A stretch of 64,000 nucleotides of DNA from contig OZ250178.1 of the NCBI GenBank assembly GCA_965238055.1, positions 2,924,791 through 2,988,790 of the forward strand, in the 5' to 3' direction. Made by a program: the position numbers and the translations under genes. Shown here in pieces: positions 10,297 to 20,374 of the stretch; the first letter of the stretch is position 1; every line of letters starts with the position of its first letter. Under the pieces are notes generated by a model, which was not told the origin of the DNA, made no database searches, and worked only from the letters and a program-made list of their open reading frames with translations. The DNA is from Candidatus Foliamicus sp. Lineage in GTDB: Bacteria; Pseudomonadota; Gammaproteobacteria; Steroidobacterales; Foliamicaceae.

Positions 10297-10441
10297 GGCG
10301 GGACCTCCGGGAATAATGGCTTCCCGGAGGGTCGCTCAACCGCACATCCCTGTTCAAGTCGACACCACGCTAAATCGAAGGAAAATGACTGTTGTTCATA
10401 CAGTTACGTGAATCACAGGCTCAGTTAACCGGACAGTAGTG

Positions 10442-10787
10442 TTTCAGGGTCATTAGTGAGTTTGATGCTTTCGCCATAAACGACGTTCATCCGATCAATT
10501 ACACGCTGAACTGCTACTCGCGGCGTATACCCAACATTTGCCAGTGCCTCAGGCACTAGAATCGGCGCAAAAGACACATCCCGATCTCGAAATGTTTGCC
10601 ATACGACTACAAGGATAAAGGCAAAAATTAAGGCGAGAATCAGCAGCTTAAACGGGCCTTCAAGCGTAGTCTTGCGTATAGCGCTTAAGACCATTCCCAC
10701 TGACGCCCGAGAAACCTTGCGAATCATCCCGATGCCACGTTCCATTGCACTATTAATAGACTGTTGGCGCGTTTGCTTTCGTCCCAT
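10442..10787 (-). pseudogene. Membrane-anchored protein truncated by the IS4 end
   Basis: TM helix then VPEALANVGYTPRVAVQRV; the ORF ends only inside the IS4 IR. Confidence 0.6.
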
Positions 10788-10820
10788 CCTCTGTGCCTTC
10801 GCTAGATCTTCCGGTTGGGT

Positions 10821-13601
10821 TTAGTGTGTTGGCCGCACGGCGTTTTTCTTCATTCCGGCTGCCAATGGCGTATACATCTTTTCGTAAAGCGCGAACAGGT
10901 GCTCCACACGCTCGCGCTCTGAAGCGAAGCCGGTGGGACAATAGAGTCGGTCCACAGCACGGTCAAGCGCCTGATGCGCCTTGCGCAGGTTCGGCGGCAT
11001 CAGATCGGGATCGTAGAGGTTGGCGAGAGTCGCGTCCCGATGCGCGGCCCGCGCGTCTAGCACTGCCTGGGCGAGCGGCTCCAGCCGCCATAGGCCCGAG
11101 TGCTTGGGTGGCATAGGGAAGGTGTTGTAGTTGACGCCCACCGAATACTGATAACGGCTTTCAAGCCGCCCGCCGATGTACCGTGTCCATGCCATGTGCA
11201 TGGCCGAAGTCAACAATGCGAAGTCGGTGAGCGTCCCGTTCGCCAGCAGACGGAGCTTGTTGCTCGGAATTATTGGCGGTTCTAGCCAACCTATGGGCGC
11301 GTACTCCCGCCGCTCTGAACTGACTTCAGGAATCACTAGAAAAGGAGCGGTGGGAATGACATTGACATGATAGAGCGTCGGCGTGGCGGCGAGCTTTTTC
11401 GTGGGTGCACTCTTGCTTGCCTCACGGTAGGTGCGGACAGCGGCGATGCGGTTCCGAACGCTTGGCAGCCGCGCCAGCACGTCAGGCGGCGCATCCTGCA
11501 GCGCCAGAATCCAGCGCTGCCGGCCTTGTAGATATTCACGCGCACCGATGAATGGACGAAGATACTGTGCAGCCCCTGGCTCCATTTCCAGAAACGCGGC
11601 GCGTTCCTTCGTATCGAAAATATAGTGGCCCCCGTCGATTGGTTTAGAACCGATAATCAGCCTGTCCATTCTATTGATTGGCGCACTCTCCTTCCCCACG
11701 ACCAAATGCGGGTCGGAGAGACCGCCAGCGTCAAAAAGATAGGGAGACAGCGCCGCGTGAGTGCTTTCCTCCGGTTCGCCGTTGATGTCGGGATAACTGA
11801 ACAGACGCTTTTCCGGTCTAGCGGCGTCCCGCCGATCAAGGCCGAGAATGACGACATGCACATGCGCCTTGCCGCGTGCGTCGGATCCCCACGCGAAAGT
11901 GCGGTGCGCGAAGGATATCTCCAGCTTGCAGCGCTCGAACAGGATCGACCATAGCTGTGCAACCTGCTCACCTGCCGTGATCGAGTTAGTGGCGACGAAG
12001 CCTATGCGGGCATTGCTGTCCCCTATATATTCTCCCGCCTTGATAAACCACGCCGCGACGTAATCAAGCGTGCCGCCGCTCTTGCCGAGTGCCGCAATCC
12101 CGCGCACTTGGGCACGTTGCTCTGTCGTCTGAAACTTCGCGCCCACGAAGGGCGGATTGCCGAACACGAAGGAGCAATCACCCGGCGGCAGCAAAGCGGA
12201 CCAGTCTGTTTCCAGCGCGTCGCCGTGCATGATGTGCGGCGAGCTTTCCAGAGGGATACGCACATAGCTCTGACCAAACTCAAGGCTCAGTCGATTGTTC
12301 ATGATGTGGTCCATCATCCACATCGCGGTTTCGGCAATACGGGCGGGAAACTCTCCGAGTTCGATACCGTAGAACTGCTCCACATCGACGAGCGACAGCT
12401 CTTCCGCCAGAGCGTCCAATTGCCGATTGGGATGAATTTCTTTGAGCACCTCGATTTCAAGCTGCCGCAATTCCCGGTAGGCAATGATGAGGAAGTTGCC
12501 GCAGCCGCAGGCGGGATCGAAGAAGCGCATCCGGCCCAGCTTTTCCTGAAAACGCCGAAGGTCGGCGTGTCGGCGGCTGTCCTTGCGGGACTTGAGGCGC
12601 TCGAACTCGCCCCGAAGATCGTCCATGAATAACGGCTCAATCACCTTGAGGATGTTCTTTTCGGTGGTGTAGTGTGCGCCTTGGGCGCGGCGTTGCTCCG
12701 GTTCCATGACCGATTGGAATAGCGCCCCGAATATGGCGGGCGAAATGTTCGACCAGTCGAAGCGGCACACGTCCAGAAGCGCTTCGCGCATGGAAGCGTT
12801 GAAAGAGGGTGTGCGCAAGTGCTCGCGGAACAGGTCGCCGTTGACATAGGGGAAACGCGCCAAATCCTCATCCAGAAGCGGACTGCGCTCATCTTCGGGC
12901 GAATTCAGGACCTCGAACAATTGCCGCAGCCACGGTCCCAGGTCTGCGCCGTCCTCGCTGGTGCGGGTTTCGATGAATTCCAGGAAGATGTCGCGCGGCT
13001 CGAAGATGCCGGTGTCGTCGGCGAACAGGCAGAACACAATGCGCACCAGGAAGCGTTCGAGGTCGTGGCCCCGGTAGTTGGCGGCGTGGAGCGCGTCGTG
13101 CAGCCGCCCGACTAGTTCCGCGGCCTTGATGTTGGCGGGATCCTGATCTCGGAAGGTGCGCTTCTGCACGCCGAGGATGAAGCCGAAATACTCCACATGC
13201 GCGGGAAGTTCCTTGAGGCTGAATCGGACCTCTGTGCGCTCGTCCAGATCGTGCAATTCGAAAGTCTGAAAATCGCTCACGAGGATGAAGCGGGGGCGGT
13301 CTCGCTCCTTGAGCGCGTCGAAATATTCTCCGGCCTGACCGTAGGCTTTGCTGAGATCACGCCCGGCGCTTTTCTGCTCCACGATCAGAACGCCGGGCCA
13401 GAACAGGTCGATGAAGCCGGAACTGTTGTCGAGCTTCGCTACATGCTCCTCATAGCGCGCCACCGAGCGGCGCTCCACGCCGAACACCCGGAAGAAGGCA
13501 TTGTAGAAGCTGTGCGTTTCGCTTGTTTCGCGAACCGCGTTGCTCCATTCGTCGGCGAATGTGGCCGCACGGACTCGGACCTCGTTCCACGAGAGGCGCA
13601 T
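10821..13601 (-). CDS. MmeI/YeeA-like Type IIL restriction-modification enzyme
   Basis: N-terminal IDLFWPGVLIVEQKS nuclease motif, GAHYT, DPACGCGNF (motif I), GNPPF (motif IV), C-terminal TRD; 926 aa. Confidence 0.92.
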   Translation of the reverse strand: MRLSWNEVRVRAATFADEWSNAVRETSETHSFYNAFFRVFGVERRSVARYEEHVAKLDNSSGFIDLFWPGVLIVEQKSAGRDLSKAYGQAGEYFDALKERDRPRFILVSDFQTFELHDLDERTEVRFSLKELPAHVEYFGFILGVQKRTFRDQDPANIKAAELVGRLHDALHAANYRGHDLERFLVRIVFCLFADDTGIFEPRDIFLEFIETRTSEDGADLGPWLRQLFEVLNSPEDERSPLLDEDLARFPYVNGDLFREHLRTPSFNASMREALLDVCRFDWSNISPAIFGALFQSVMEPEQRRAQGAHYTTEKNILKVIEPLFMDDLRGEFERLKSRKDSRRHADLRRFQEKLGRMRFFDPACGCGNFLIIAYRELRQLEIEVLKEIHPNRQLDALAEELSLVDVEQFYGIELGEFPARIAETAMWMMDHIMNNRLSLEFGQSYVRIPLESSPHIMHGDALETDWSALLPPGDCSFVFGNPPFVGAKFQTTEQRAQVRGIAALGKSGGTLDYVAAWFIKAGEYIGDSNARIGFVATNSITAGEQVAQLWSILFERCKLEISFAHRTFAWGSDARGKAHVHVVILGLDRRDAARPEKRLFSYPDINGEPEESTHAALSPYLFDAGGLSDPHLVVGKESAPINRMDRLIIGSKPIDGGHYIFDTKERAAFLEMEPGAAQYLRPFIGAREYLQGRQRWILALQDAPPDVLARLPSVRNRIAAVRTYREASKSAPTKKLAATPTLYHVNVIPTAPFLVIPEVSSERREYAPIGWLEPPIIPSNKLRLLANGTLTDFALLTSAMHMAWTRYIGGRLESRYQYSVGVNYNTFPMPPKHSGLWRLEPLAQAVLDARAAHRDATLANLYDPDLMPPNLRKAHQALDRAVDRLYCPTGFASERERVEHLFALYEKMYTPLAAGMKKNAVRPTH

Positions 13602-13670
13602 CAGTACGCGTTGCCGGCCTTTTTTAGTGTGCGGGACAGCTCATACGGCTTCGGGCTCACAGCCATCGAG

Positions 13671-13922
13671 TCATCCGAAAAGGGTTTCACGGACCTCGCT
13701 CTTTGGCCGATCCAGGAAATCCGCGACGTCGGACACGATTCCATCCAGGGTGCCAATGTGCAAATCCCGGTGCCTTGGCACTGTCACGCTGTGCCGCTTC
13801 GCGTCCGCGTTCGTGCGCGTGACAGTCATGTGACTTCCCTTCGTTCGGGTCACACGATACCCGTAGTGCCGAGCGAGCAGCCCTGCGACCTTCTCACCGG
13901 AGAGGTCGCGCGGAACCTTCAT
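13671..13922 (-). CDS. hicA: HicA-family toxin
   Basis: KGSH catalytic motif, VTVPRH, GTLDGIV. Confidence 0.85.
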   Translation of the reverse strand: MKVPRDLSGEKVAGLLARHYGYRVTRTKGSHMTVTRTNADAKRHSVTVPRHRDLHIGTLDGIVSDVADFLDRPKSEVRETLFG

Positions 13923-14131
13923 ACGGCGATGGCGTCCTCTCTTACCAGGTGCAATCGGATGACTCTCGGCACATCCGCTTCATCGAAGTGACAGAGGACG
14001 GCATCCCGCGCCATCACCTTCAACTCGGGCCAGTCCTCGCCCTGGGTGAAGATGCTATGTCCCAGGGCACGCGCTTCGTATCCACCTTCCATCGACTCGG
14101 TGACCTCGAAAATAATCTCGCGTGTCGCCAT
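13919..14131 (-). CDS. Short HicB-like antitoxin
   Basis: EGGYEARALGHSIFTQGE; 4-bp overlap with hicA. Confidence 0.75.
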   Translation of the reverse strand: MATREIIFEVTESMEGGYEARALGHSIFTQGEDWPELKVMARDAVLCHFDEADVPRVIRLHLVREDAIAV

Positions 14132-14506
14132 ATGCGTTACCTCATTGTCTCGGGGCAGGATTGACTACAGATGTCCCGCTGCCAGCAGCAGGATAACGAT
14201 ACTGGGTCACTATAGCGAATATCGTGCGCCGAATGTTCGCGGGATCACGATATTCGTCACATTCATCTATGGAAATAGTGAATGTCGCGCCTAACGGTCT
14301 GCGCGTACGCATTGGAGCTCCATTTCCCGGCCGCTGACACTTAGTTTCTACGCCTTGTCCCTTCCGCTCCTTGACGCAAACGTAATTTGAATCATCCTAA
14401 AGATCAGACCAGCTTGGCAGTACAGTTGTGGGTAACGATGTGGGGCATGACAAGGCGCAGGAATAAAAACATGAATAAAATCGGTAAGTTACAATTGATA
14501 TTCTGA

Positions 14507-14521
14507 TCCGGCCCCGGACAT
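14507..14521 (+). repeat. Second copy of the 15-bp att core
   Basis: TCCGGCCCCGGACAT, identical to 6639-6653. Confidence 0.65.
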
Positions 14522-14556
14522 TGGAACATTTCAGGAATATCCGGAGGAAATAGCAC

Positions 14557-15564
14557 ATGCAGTGTGTACAGCTCACAGCGTCTGGTCTCGAAAATCTGAG
14601 AATCGCATCTCAACCTGCGCCGCAGCCGGGGGCCGGCGAGGTTCGCGTGCGGATGCACGCGGCGGCGATCAATTACCGGGATTTCATGATCTGCGCCGGT
14701 ATGTATGGCGGCGACAAGGAATATCCGCTCATTCCTCTTTCCGACGGGGCAGGGGAGGTCGAGTCGGTTGGCTCGGACGTTACGCAGTTCCAGCCCGGTG
14801 ACCGGGTGATGACCGTTTTCTGGCAGGATTGGGAGTCCCAGCCTGTCCGTCCCGGCGTGCGCACTCGTTCCACCGGCTCCGAGGCTCCAGGGGCGCTTAC
14901 CGAAGTGGGCGTGTTCCCGGAGTCCGCCTTGCTGGCCGTGCCCGGCGGGATGTCGATGGAAACCGCAGCTTCATTGGCCTGCGCTGGTGTAACTGCATGG
15001 ACCGCGCTGCATTGCGGCGGGCCGATTGGGCCGGATTCGAAGGTGCTTCTCCTGGGTACCGGTGGCGTATCCATCTTTGCCCTGCAAATCGCAAAGTCGT
15101 TTGGGGCAACCGCGATCATTACCTCTTCCAGCAATGAGAAGCTCGAGCGAGCCAGGGAGTTGGGCGCGGACGAGACTATCAACTACAGCGAAACAGCCGA
15201 GTGGGGACCGAAGGCCTTCTCGCTTAGCGGCGGGGGCGTAGACGTGGTGGTAGAGACCGGAGGCATGGGCACGCTGGGGCAATCGCTGCAGGCCCTTGGG
15301 CTGAATGGGTCGATCGGTATTCTGGGCGCGCTGAGCGGCATAAGTGCTGAAATGAACGCGATGGCGCTGATTGGCAAGTGCGCCGGCATTCATGGTATTA
15401 CGGTCGGCGCCCGTGACGATCATCGGGCTTTGAGCGAGCATCTCGCAAGGCACGGTATTTCGGCCGTTGTCGACCGGGAGTATTCCTTGACCCAAGGCCC
15501 CGAGGCCATTGCATCCATTACTCAGGGCAATCATTTCGGCAAGCTGTTGGTGCGGATCGCCTAG
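14557..15564 (+). CDS. MDR-superfamily NAD(P)-dependent oxidoreductase (alcohol dehydrogenase/quinone reductase-like)
   Basis: AINYRD, PLSDGAGEV, GTGGVS, HFGKLLV. Confidence 0.88.
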   Translation: MQCVQLTASGLENLRIASQPAPQPGAGEVRVRMHAAAINYRDFMICAGMYGGDKEYPLIPLSDGAGEVESVGSDVTQFQPGDRVMTVFWQDWESQPVRPGVRTRSTGSEAPGALTEVGVFPESALLAVPGGMSMETAASLACAGVTAWTALHCGGPIGPDSKVLLLGTGGVSIFALQIAKSFGATAIITSSSNEKLERARELGADETINYSETAEWGPKAFSLSGGGVDVVVETGGMGTLGQSLQALGLNGSIGILGALSGISAEMNAMALIGKCAGIHGITVGARDDHRALSEHLARHGISAVVDREYSLTQGPEAIASITQGNHFGKLLVRIA

Positions 15565-15573
15565 CCGCTCGCC

Positions 15574-16188
15574 ATGCTTCAGGCGCAAGCGGTCACTCTG
15601 TGGCGGGGCGAACGACGCCTCTTTCACGAACTGACATTCGGCCTAGAGCGCGGATCTCTGTTGCTGCTTCGCGGACCGAACGGCGCCGGCAAGAGTTCCT
15701 TGTTGCGGGTATTGGCCGGCTTGCTGCCGGCTGAAAGCGGCACGGTAGAGCTCGACGGACTGGTGCAGAGCGCTGACCCGGCGCGCTATTCGCGAAGCCT
15801 TGCCTGGCTGGGACACAAGGACGGGATCAAGGGCGAACTGAGCGTGCAACGCAACCTGGCCTTCCTGCTGCGTATGGCGGGCCGCGCCGGGGAGCAGGGC
15901 GACTTGCTGCGCCGGGCGGGGTTGCAGGGACTTGAGGAGCGCAGTGCGTCGCAGCTCTCGTATGGGCAACGGCGGCGGCTGGCCCTGGCGGGGTTGATCG
16001 GCACTGCTGCGCCCTTATGGTTGCTGGATGAGCCGGACGCCAACCTGGACAAGCAGGGAAGGTCCTGGCTGTGTCAGGAACTCGAAGCTCACCTGGCCGG
16101 GGGTGGCTGTGCCGTGTTGGCGGGTCACCGGATGGATTGGCAGGTCCAGGCGCCCGTGTCGCAATTGATCCTGGGTGTTGGACGATGA
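15574..16188 (+). CDS. ccmA: Heme ABC exporter ATPase CcmA
   Basis: GPNGAGKS, LSYGQRRR, WLLDEP; first gene of the ccm operon. Confidence 0.93.
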   Translation: MLQAQAVTLWRGERRLFHELTFGLERGSLLLLRGPNGAGKSSLLRVLAGLLPAESGTVELDGLVQSADPARYSRSLAWLGHKDGIKGELSVQRNLAFLLRMAGRAGEQGDLLRRAGLQGLEERSASQLSYGQRRRLALAGLIGTAAPLWLLDEPDANLDKQGRSWLCQELEAHLAGGGCAVLAGHRMDWQVQAPVSQLILGVGR

Positions 16189-16850
16189 ATATCTGGCTCG
16201 AAGTCTTGAGGCAGGAATTCATTATTTACTTTAAGAAGGGGACACATATCATTATTAATATTATGTTTTTCCTATGCTCCACTTCCTTGTTCTCGATCGT
16301 GACGGGAATCGATCAGGCGCTGCTGGCCCAATGGGGCGCTGGGGTGATCTGGGTGATCGCGTTCCTTTCCATGTTGCTTGCCATGCCTCTGTTGTTCCAG
16401 CCTGACCGTGAAGACGGAACGCTGGACCTGATGCTCCTGAGCGCAGTCGATCCCGCCTGGCTTTCACTGGCCAAGGCCGGTGCGAACTGGTGCGTGTTCG
16501 GCCTGCCGCTGGTGCTGCTTTCGCCGTTGCTGGCTATCAGTTATGGCATGGATGGCCCGGCGCTGGTGGTTCTTCCGGCGACGCTGGCGCTGGGTACACC
16601 TGCCTTGAGCATGCTGGCGACCGTAGCGGCGGCATTGACGGCCGGACTGCGCCGGGGCGTGGGTTTGCTGGCGCTGTTGGTCCTGCCGCTGTCATTGCCG
16701 GTGTTGCTGTTCGGCGTTCGGGCAACGGGACTGGCGATGGCGGACCAGCCGGTGGCAGCCCCCTTGCTGATGCTTGGCGCTTTTCTATTGTTGGCGCTGG
16801 GATTGTTGCCCTGGGCGGCAGGAGCAGCGCTGAGAGCAACGGCGAACTGA
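16185..16850 (+). CDS. ccmB: Heme exporter permease CcmB
   Basis: DREDGTLDLMLL, LLVLPLSLPVLLFG; ATGA overlap with ccmA. Confidence 0.9.
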   Translation: MNIWLEVLRQEFIIYFKKGTHIIINIMFFLCSTSLFSIVTGIDQALLAQWGAGVIWVIAFLSMLLAMPLLFQPDREDGTLDLMLLSAVDPAWLSLAKAGANWCVFGLPLVLLSPLLAISYGMDGPALVVLPATLALGTPALSMLATVAAALTAGLRRGVGLLALLVLPLSLPVLLFGVRATGLAMADQPVAAPLLMLGAFLLLALGLLPWAAGAALRATAN

Positions 16851-16950
16851 CTGCACGGGCGCCGCGCAGAGGACGCGGGCGCCGAGTCATTTGCGGGACA
16901 GGACACGCCCCCACAAGCTAAAATATGGCGTTCAACTTTGCGTGATCCTC

Positions 16951-17721
16951 ATGCCCAAGCGGCTGCCCAAAATCCCATTGCCCAACTGGCTGCACAAACT
17001 GGCTTCGCCACCGCACTTCTACCGGATAGCGCGACGTCTGGAGCCGTGGATGCTGTGGACCGGAATTCTGGCTATCGCGGTCGGCGCCTTCGGCGGGCTT
17101 CTGCTCGCGCCGCCGGATTATCAGCAGGGCGACGCTTTCCGCATCATCTATTTCCACGTGCCGGCGGCTTATCTGGCCATGCAGCTCTATGCACTGATGG
17201 CGGTCAGTTCCGCGATCGGCCTGGTCTGGCGGATGAAGTTGGCGTATGCCATTTCCGCGGCCACGGCGCCGGTGGGGCTGGCGTTTACCGGGCTCGCGCT
17301 GGTGACCGGCATGTTGTGGGGGAAGCCCATGTGGGGTGCTTATTGGAGCTGGGGCGACGCCCGGCTGACCTCGGTTCTGGTGATGTTTTTCCTGTACCTG
17401 GGCTACATGTTGCTGCATGCATCGCTGGAAGAACGCACAACCGCGGACCGTGCCGCCGGAATCCTCGCGGTAGTGGGTGTAGTGAACCTGCCGATAATCA
17501 AGTTCTCGGTGGAATGGTGGAGCAGCCTGCATCAGGGGCCCACCATTTCACGGCTGGAGGCCCCGGCGATAACCTGGGACATGCTTTGGCCGCTGCTGGT
17601 GATGATCGTCGGGGCGATCCTGTTCTCGCTTTCGGTCACGCTGACCCGGGCAAGGGCGGAAGTGCTGCTGCGCGAGCGAAGTGCGCGCTGGGTACGCGAC
17701 GTCGTGGCGGTGGGAGCATGA
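16951..17721 (+). CDS. ccmC: Heme exporter protein CcmC
   Basis: RIIYFHVP, WGKPMWGAYWSWGDARLTS, SLHQ. Confidence 0.95.
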   Translation: MPKRLPKIPLPNWLHKLASPPHFYRIARRLEPWMLWTGILAIAVGAFGGLLLAPPDYQQGDAFRIIYFHVPAAYLAMQLYALMAVSSAIGLVWRMKLAYAISAATAPVGLAFTGLALVTGMLWGKPMWGAYWSWGDARLTSVLVMFFLYLGYMLLHASLEERTTADRAAGILAVVGVVNLPIIKFSVEWWSSLHQGPTISRLEAPAITWDMLWPLLVMIVGAILFSLSVTLTRARAEVLLRERSARWVRDVVAVGA

Positions 17722-17897
17722 GCGAGTTTTTTTCCATGGGTGGTTACGGCGCCTTCATCTGGCCTTGCGTGATAATGTCATTTGCGATCCTGGTGGGTCT
17801 TCTATTGACCGCGCGGCGGCGCTTGCGCAGCGTGCATCGCCGGATCCGAAATCTGAGCGTGGCGCCGGACGAGGGCGCCTGGGAGTTGCGCGCATGA
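17718..17897 (+). CDS. ccmD: Heme exporter protein CcmD
   Basis: MSEFFSMGGYGAFIW, 59 aa, between ccmC and ccmE. Confidence 0.85.
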   Translation: MSEFFSMGGYGAFIWPCVIMSFAILVGLLLTARRRLRSVHRRIRNLSVAPDEGAWELRA

Positions 17898-18340
17898 CAC
17901 CGCGGCGGCGCAGAATGGTGGCGATGTCACTGGGGCTGGTCACCCTGGCAGCCGCTGCCGTGTTGGTGTTCACGGCGTTCGAGCAGAACCTCCTGTATTT
18001 CTATACGCCTACTCAGATTGCCGAAGGCGAGGTCCCGACGCATCAGCGCCTGCGGGTAGGAGGGCTGGTGGAGCGGGGCAGTGTAAGGCGCTCACCCGGC
18101 TCGCTGGAAGTGCGATTTGACGTCACGGACCTGGATCAGACGATCACCGTGGCCTATGCGGGCGTGCTGCCGGACCTTTTCCGCGAAGGGCAGGGCGTGA
18201 TTGCTCACGGCAGGCTGGGCGTGGACGGGCTGATGCACGCCGACGAAGTGCTGGCCCGCCACGACGAGAACTACATGCCGCCCGAAGTTGCGGAAATGCT
18301 GGAAGAACGGGGACATCCCCCGGATGCTTCCCTGCCTTGA
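17894..18340 (+). CDS. ccmE: Heme chaperone CcmE
   Basis: LPDLFREGQG, LARHDENYMPPEV. Confidence 0.95.
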   Translation: MTPRRRRMVAMSLGLVTLAAAAVLVFTAFEQNLLYFYTPTQIAEGEVPTHQRLRVGGLVERGSVRRSPGSLEVRFDVTDLDQTITVAYAGVLPDLFREGQGVIAHGRLGVDGLMHADEVLARHDENYMPPEVAEMLEERGHPPDASLP

Positions 18341-18351
18341 GCAGCAAGCTT

Positions 18352-18434
18352 CCCGGGAACGAGGGCGTTCCCGCCCTCGGTAACTTCGTCGAGGGCGGGG
18401 ACGCCCTCGTTCCCAGGGGGACGCCCTCGCTCCA
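18352..18434. repeat. REP-like inverted pair plus a partial third unit
   Basis: GGGAACGAGGGCGTTCCCGCCCTCG and its inverse in the ccmE-ccmF spacer. Confidence 0.8.
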
Positions 18435-18442
18435 AAGCAGTC

Positions 18443-20374
18443 ATGATTCCTGAAATCGGTCAGATCAGCCTGGCGCTTGCCTTGTGCCTGGCGCTGGCGC
18501 TGGCGGTGTTTCCGCTGGCCGGCGCTCACATGGGTAATTCCCGCTGGATGGACGTGGCGCGGCCGTGTGCGCTGGGCATGCTGGCATTTACGGCGCTTGC
18601 GTTTGCGATGCTGGCGGTGAGTTTCTTCAATCACGACTTCAGCGTGCAATACGTGGCCCTGCACTCGAACCTGAAGTTGCCCGTGTTGTACCGCTTCGCC
18701 GCCATATGGGGCGCGCACGAAGGATCGCTCGTCCTGTGGCAGCTCATCCTGTGCGCGTGGACTGCGGCCGTCGCCTTTGCCAGCCGTTCACTCCCCCAGG
18801 CCGTAACAGCCCGCGTGCTGGGCGTTCTGGGATTGGTCAGCGTAGGCTTTTTGCTGTTCATCCTGTTGACCTCAAACCCCTTCCTGCGCATGTTTCCCCC
18901 GGCAACGGACGGCGCCGACCTCAATCCTCTGCTCCAGGACCCCGCGCTGGCCATACATCCGCCGATGCTCTACATGGGTTATGTGGGCATGGCAGTGCCT
19001 TTTGCATTTGCCATCTCCGCGTTGTTGAGCGGCAAGCTGGATCCGCGCTGGGCCCGCTGGACCCGCCCATGGACTACTGCCGCATGGATGTTTCTGACGG
19101 TAGGTATCGCTCTGGGTAGCTGGTGGGCGTATTACGAGCTGGGTTGGGGCGGCTGGTGGTTCTGGGACCCGGTGGAGAACGCCTCGTTCATGCCGTGGCT
19201 GGCCGGGACCGCGCTGATTCATACCCTGGCGGTTACCGAGCGCCGCGGGCTGTTCGGCAACGCTACGCTGCTGCTGGCGATCGCGGCCTTCGGCTTGAGC
19301 CTGCTCGGCACTTTCCTGGTGCGTTCCGGTGTGCTGGTTTCGGTGCACGCCTTTGCCAGCGACCCGGCCCGGGGGCTGTTCATTCTGATATTCCTGGCCG
19401 TTGTACTTGGCAGTTCACTGCTGTTGTACGCGTTCAGAAACGTGGCGATGAACCCGCAAACGGGCTTCAAGCTGGTATCGCGTGAGTCGGCGCTGCTTGT
19501 CAACACGGTGCTATTGAGCGCCGCCACGGTCCTGGTGCTGTTCGGGACCCTTTATCCATTGGCCCTGGATGCCCTGAACATGGGCAAGATCTCGGTAGGC
19601 CCCCCGTACTTCAACCTGGTATTCATTCTTCCCATGCTGCCCTTGTTGCTGGTGGTGGGAGGGGGCATGCACGCTTCCTGGCGGGCAACCGACAACGACG
19701 CCTGGGGGCGCAAGCTCCGGGTTCCGGCGGTTGCTGCCGTGCTGATCGGCATCGCGCTTACCGTGGCGGCGTACGGATATGCCGGCATCCTCACACTGAT
19801 CGGGATGGTGACCGCAGCCTGGGTAATTGCCTCTGCTTTGCGCGACCCGATTGCCTGGTTGCTTCGGCGTGGTCCCAAGCCGGGGCGTTCGACCTGGGGA
19901 ATGCAGTTGGCGCATTGCGGCCTGGGCGTTACCACGCTGGGAGTCGTTGTCGTGTCGGCCTGGGGAGTGGCAACGGACCGCAGTCTGGCCATAGGCGAAA
20001 GCCTCGAAGTATCGGGCTATGAATTCCGGCTGGACGGTGTTGAAGACGTGCAGGGTCCCAATTACCAGGCCGTTCAGGGTGTCGTTGCGGTTTCACGCAA
20101 CGGCGAGCCGGTGTCCACGTTATATCCGCAGAAGCGCGTCTATGAAGTGCAGCAGAGTCCGATGACGGAGGCCGGTATTGATCCGGGCTGGCGGCACGAT
20201 CTTTTCGTGGCCCTGGGCGAACCGTTGGGTAACGGGGCATGGAGCGTGCGGGTGCAGGTCAAGCCGCTGGTTCGTTTCATCTGGCTGGGTGCGCTGATTA
20301 TGGCCCTGGGCGGCCTGCTGGCGATTTCCGATCGGAGGTACCGGCCTGTCTCGAAGAGGAAAAGCGGCTCTTGA
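18443..20374 (+). CDS. ccmF: Heme lyase CcmF
   Basis: WGAHEGS, WAYYELGWGGWWFWDPVENAS, SVHAF. Confidence 0.97.
   Translation: MIPEIGQISLALALCLALALAVFPLAGAHMGNSRWMDVARPCALGMLAFTALAFAMLAVSFFNHDFSVQYVALHSNLKLPVLYRFAAIWGAHEGSLVLWQLILCAWTAAVAFASRSLPQAVTARVLGVLGLVSVGFLLFILLTSNPFLRMFPPATDGADLNPLLQDPALAIHPPMLYMGYVGMAVPFAFAISALLSGKLDPRWARWTRPWTTAAWMFLTVGIALGSWWAYYELGWGGWWFWDPVENASFMPWLAGTALIHTLAVTERRGLFGNATLLLAIAAFGLSLLGTFLVRSGVLVSVHAFASDPARGLFILIFLAVVLGSSLLLYAFRNVAMNPQTGFKLVSRESALLVNTVLLSAATVLVLFGTLYPLALDALNMGKISVGPPYFNLVFILPMLPLLLVVGGGMHASWRATDNDAWGRKLRVPAVAAVLIGIALTVAAYGYAGILTLIGMVTAAWVIASALRDPIAWLLRRGPKPGRSTWGMQLAHCGLGVTTLGVVVVSAWGVATDRSLAIGESLEVSGYEFRLDGVEDVQGPNYQAVQGVVAVSRNGEPVSTLYPQKRVYEVQQSPMTEAGIDPGWRHDLFVALGEPLGNGAWSVRVQVKPLVRFIWLGALIMALGGLLAISDRRYRPVSKRKSGS

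Larger units (their letters stand above)
6710..10441 (-). mobile_element. IS4-family (DUF4372-type) element disrupted by IS30 and IS3
   Basis: 15-bp terminal IRs CACTACTGTCCGGTT (6710-6724) and AACCGGACAGTAGTG (10427-10441); no TSD seen. Confidence 0.85.

Noticed and set aside
16195-16290. AT-rich 5' segment of ccmB
   Set aside because: The frame is intact and the bias is largely explained by Ile/Phe/Asn/Lys codons
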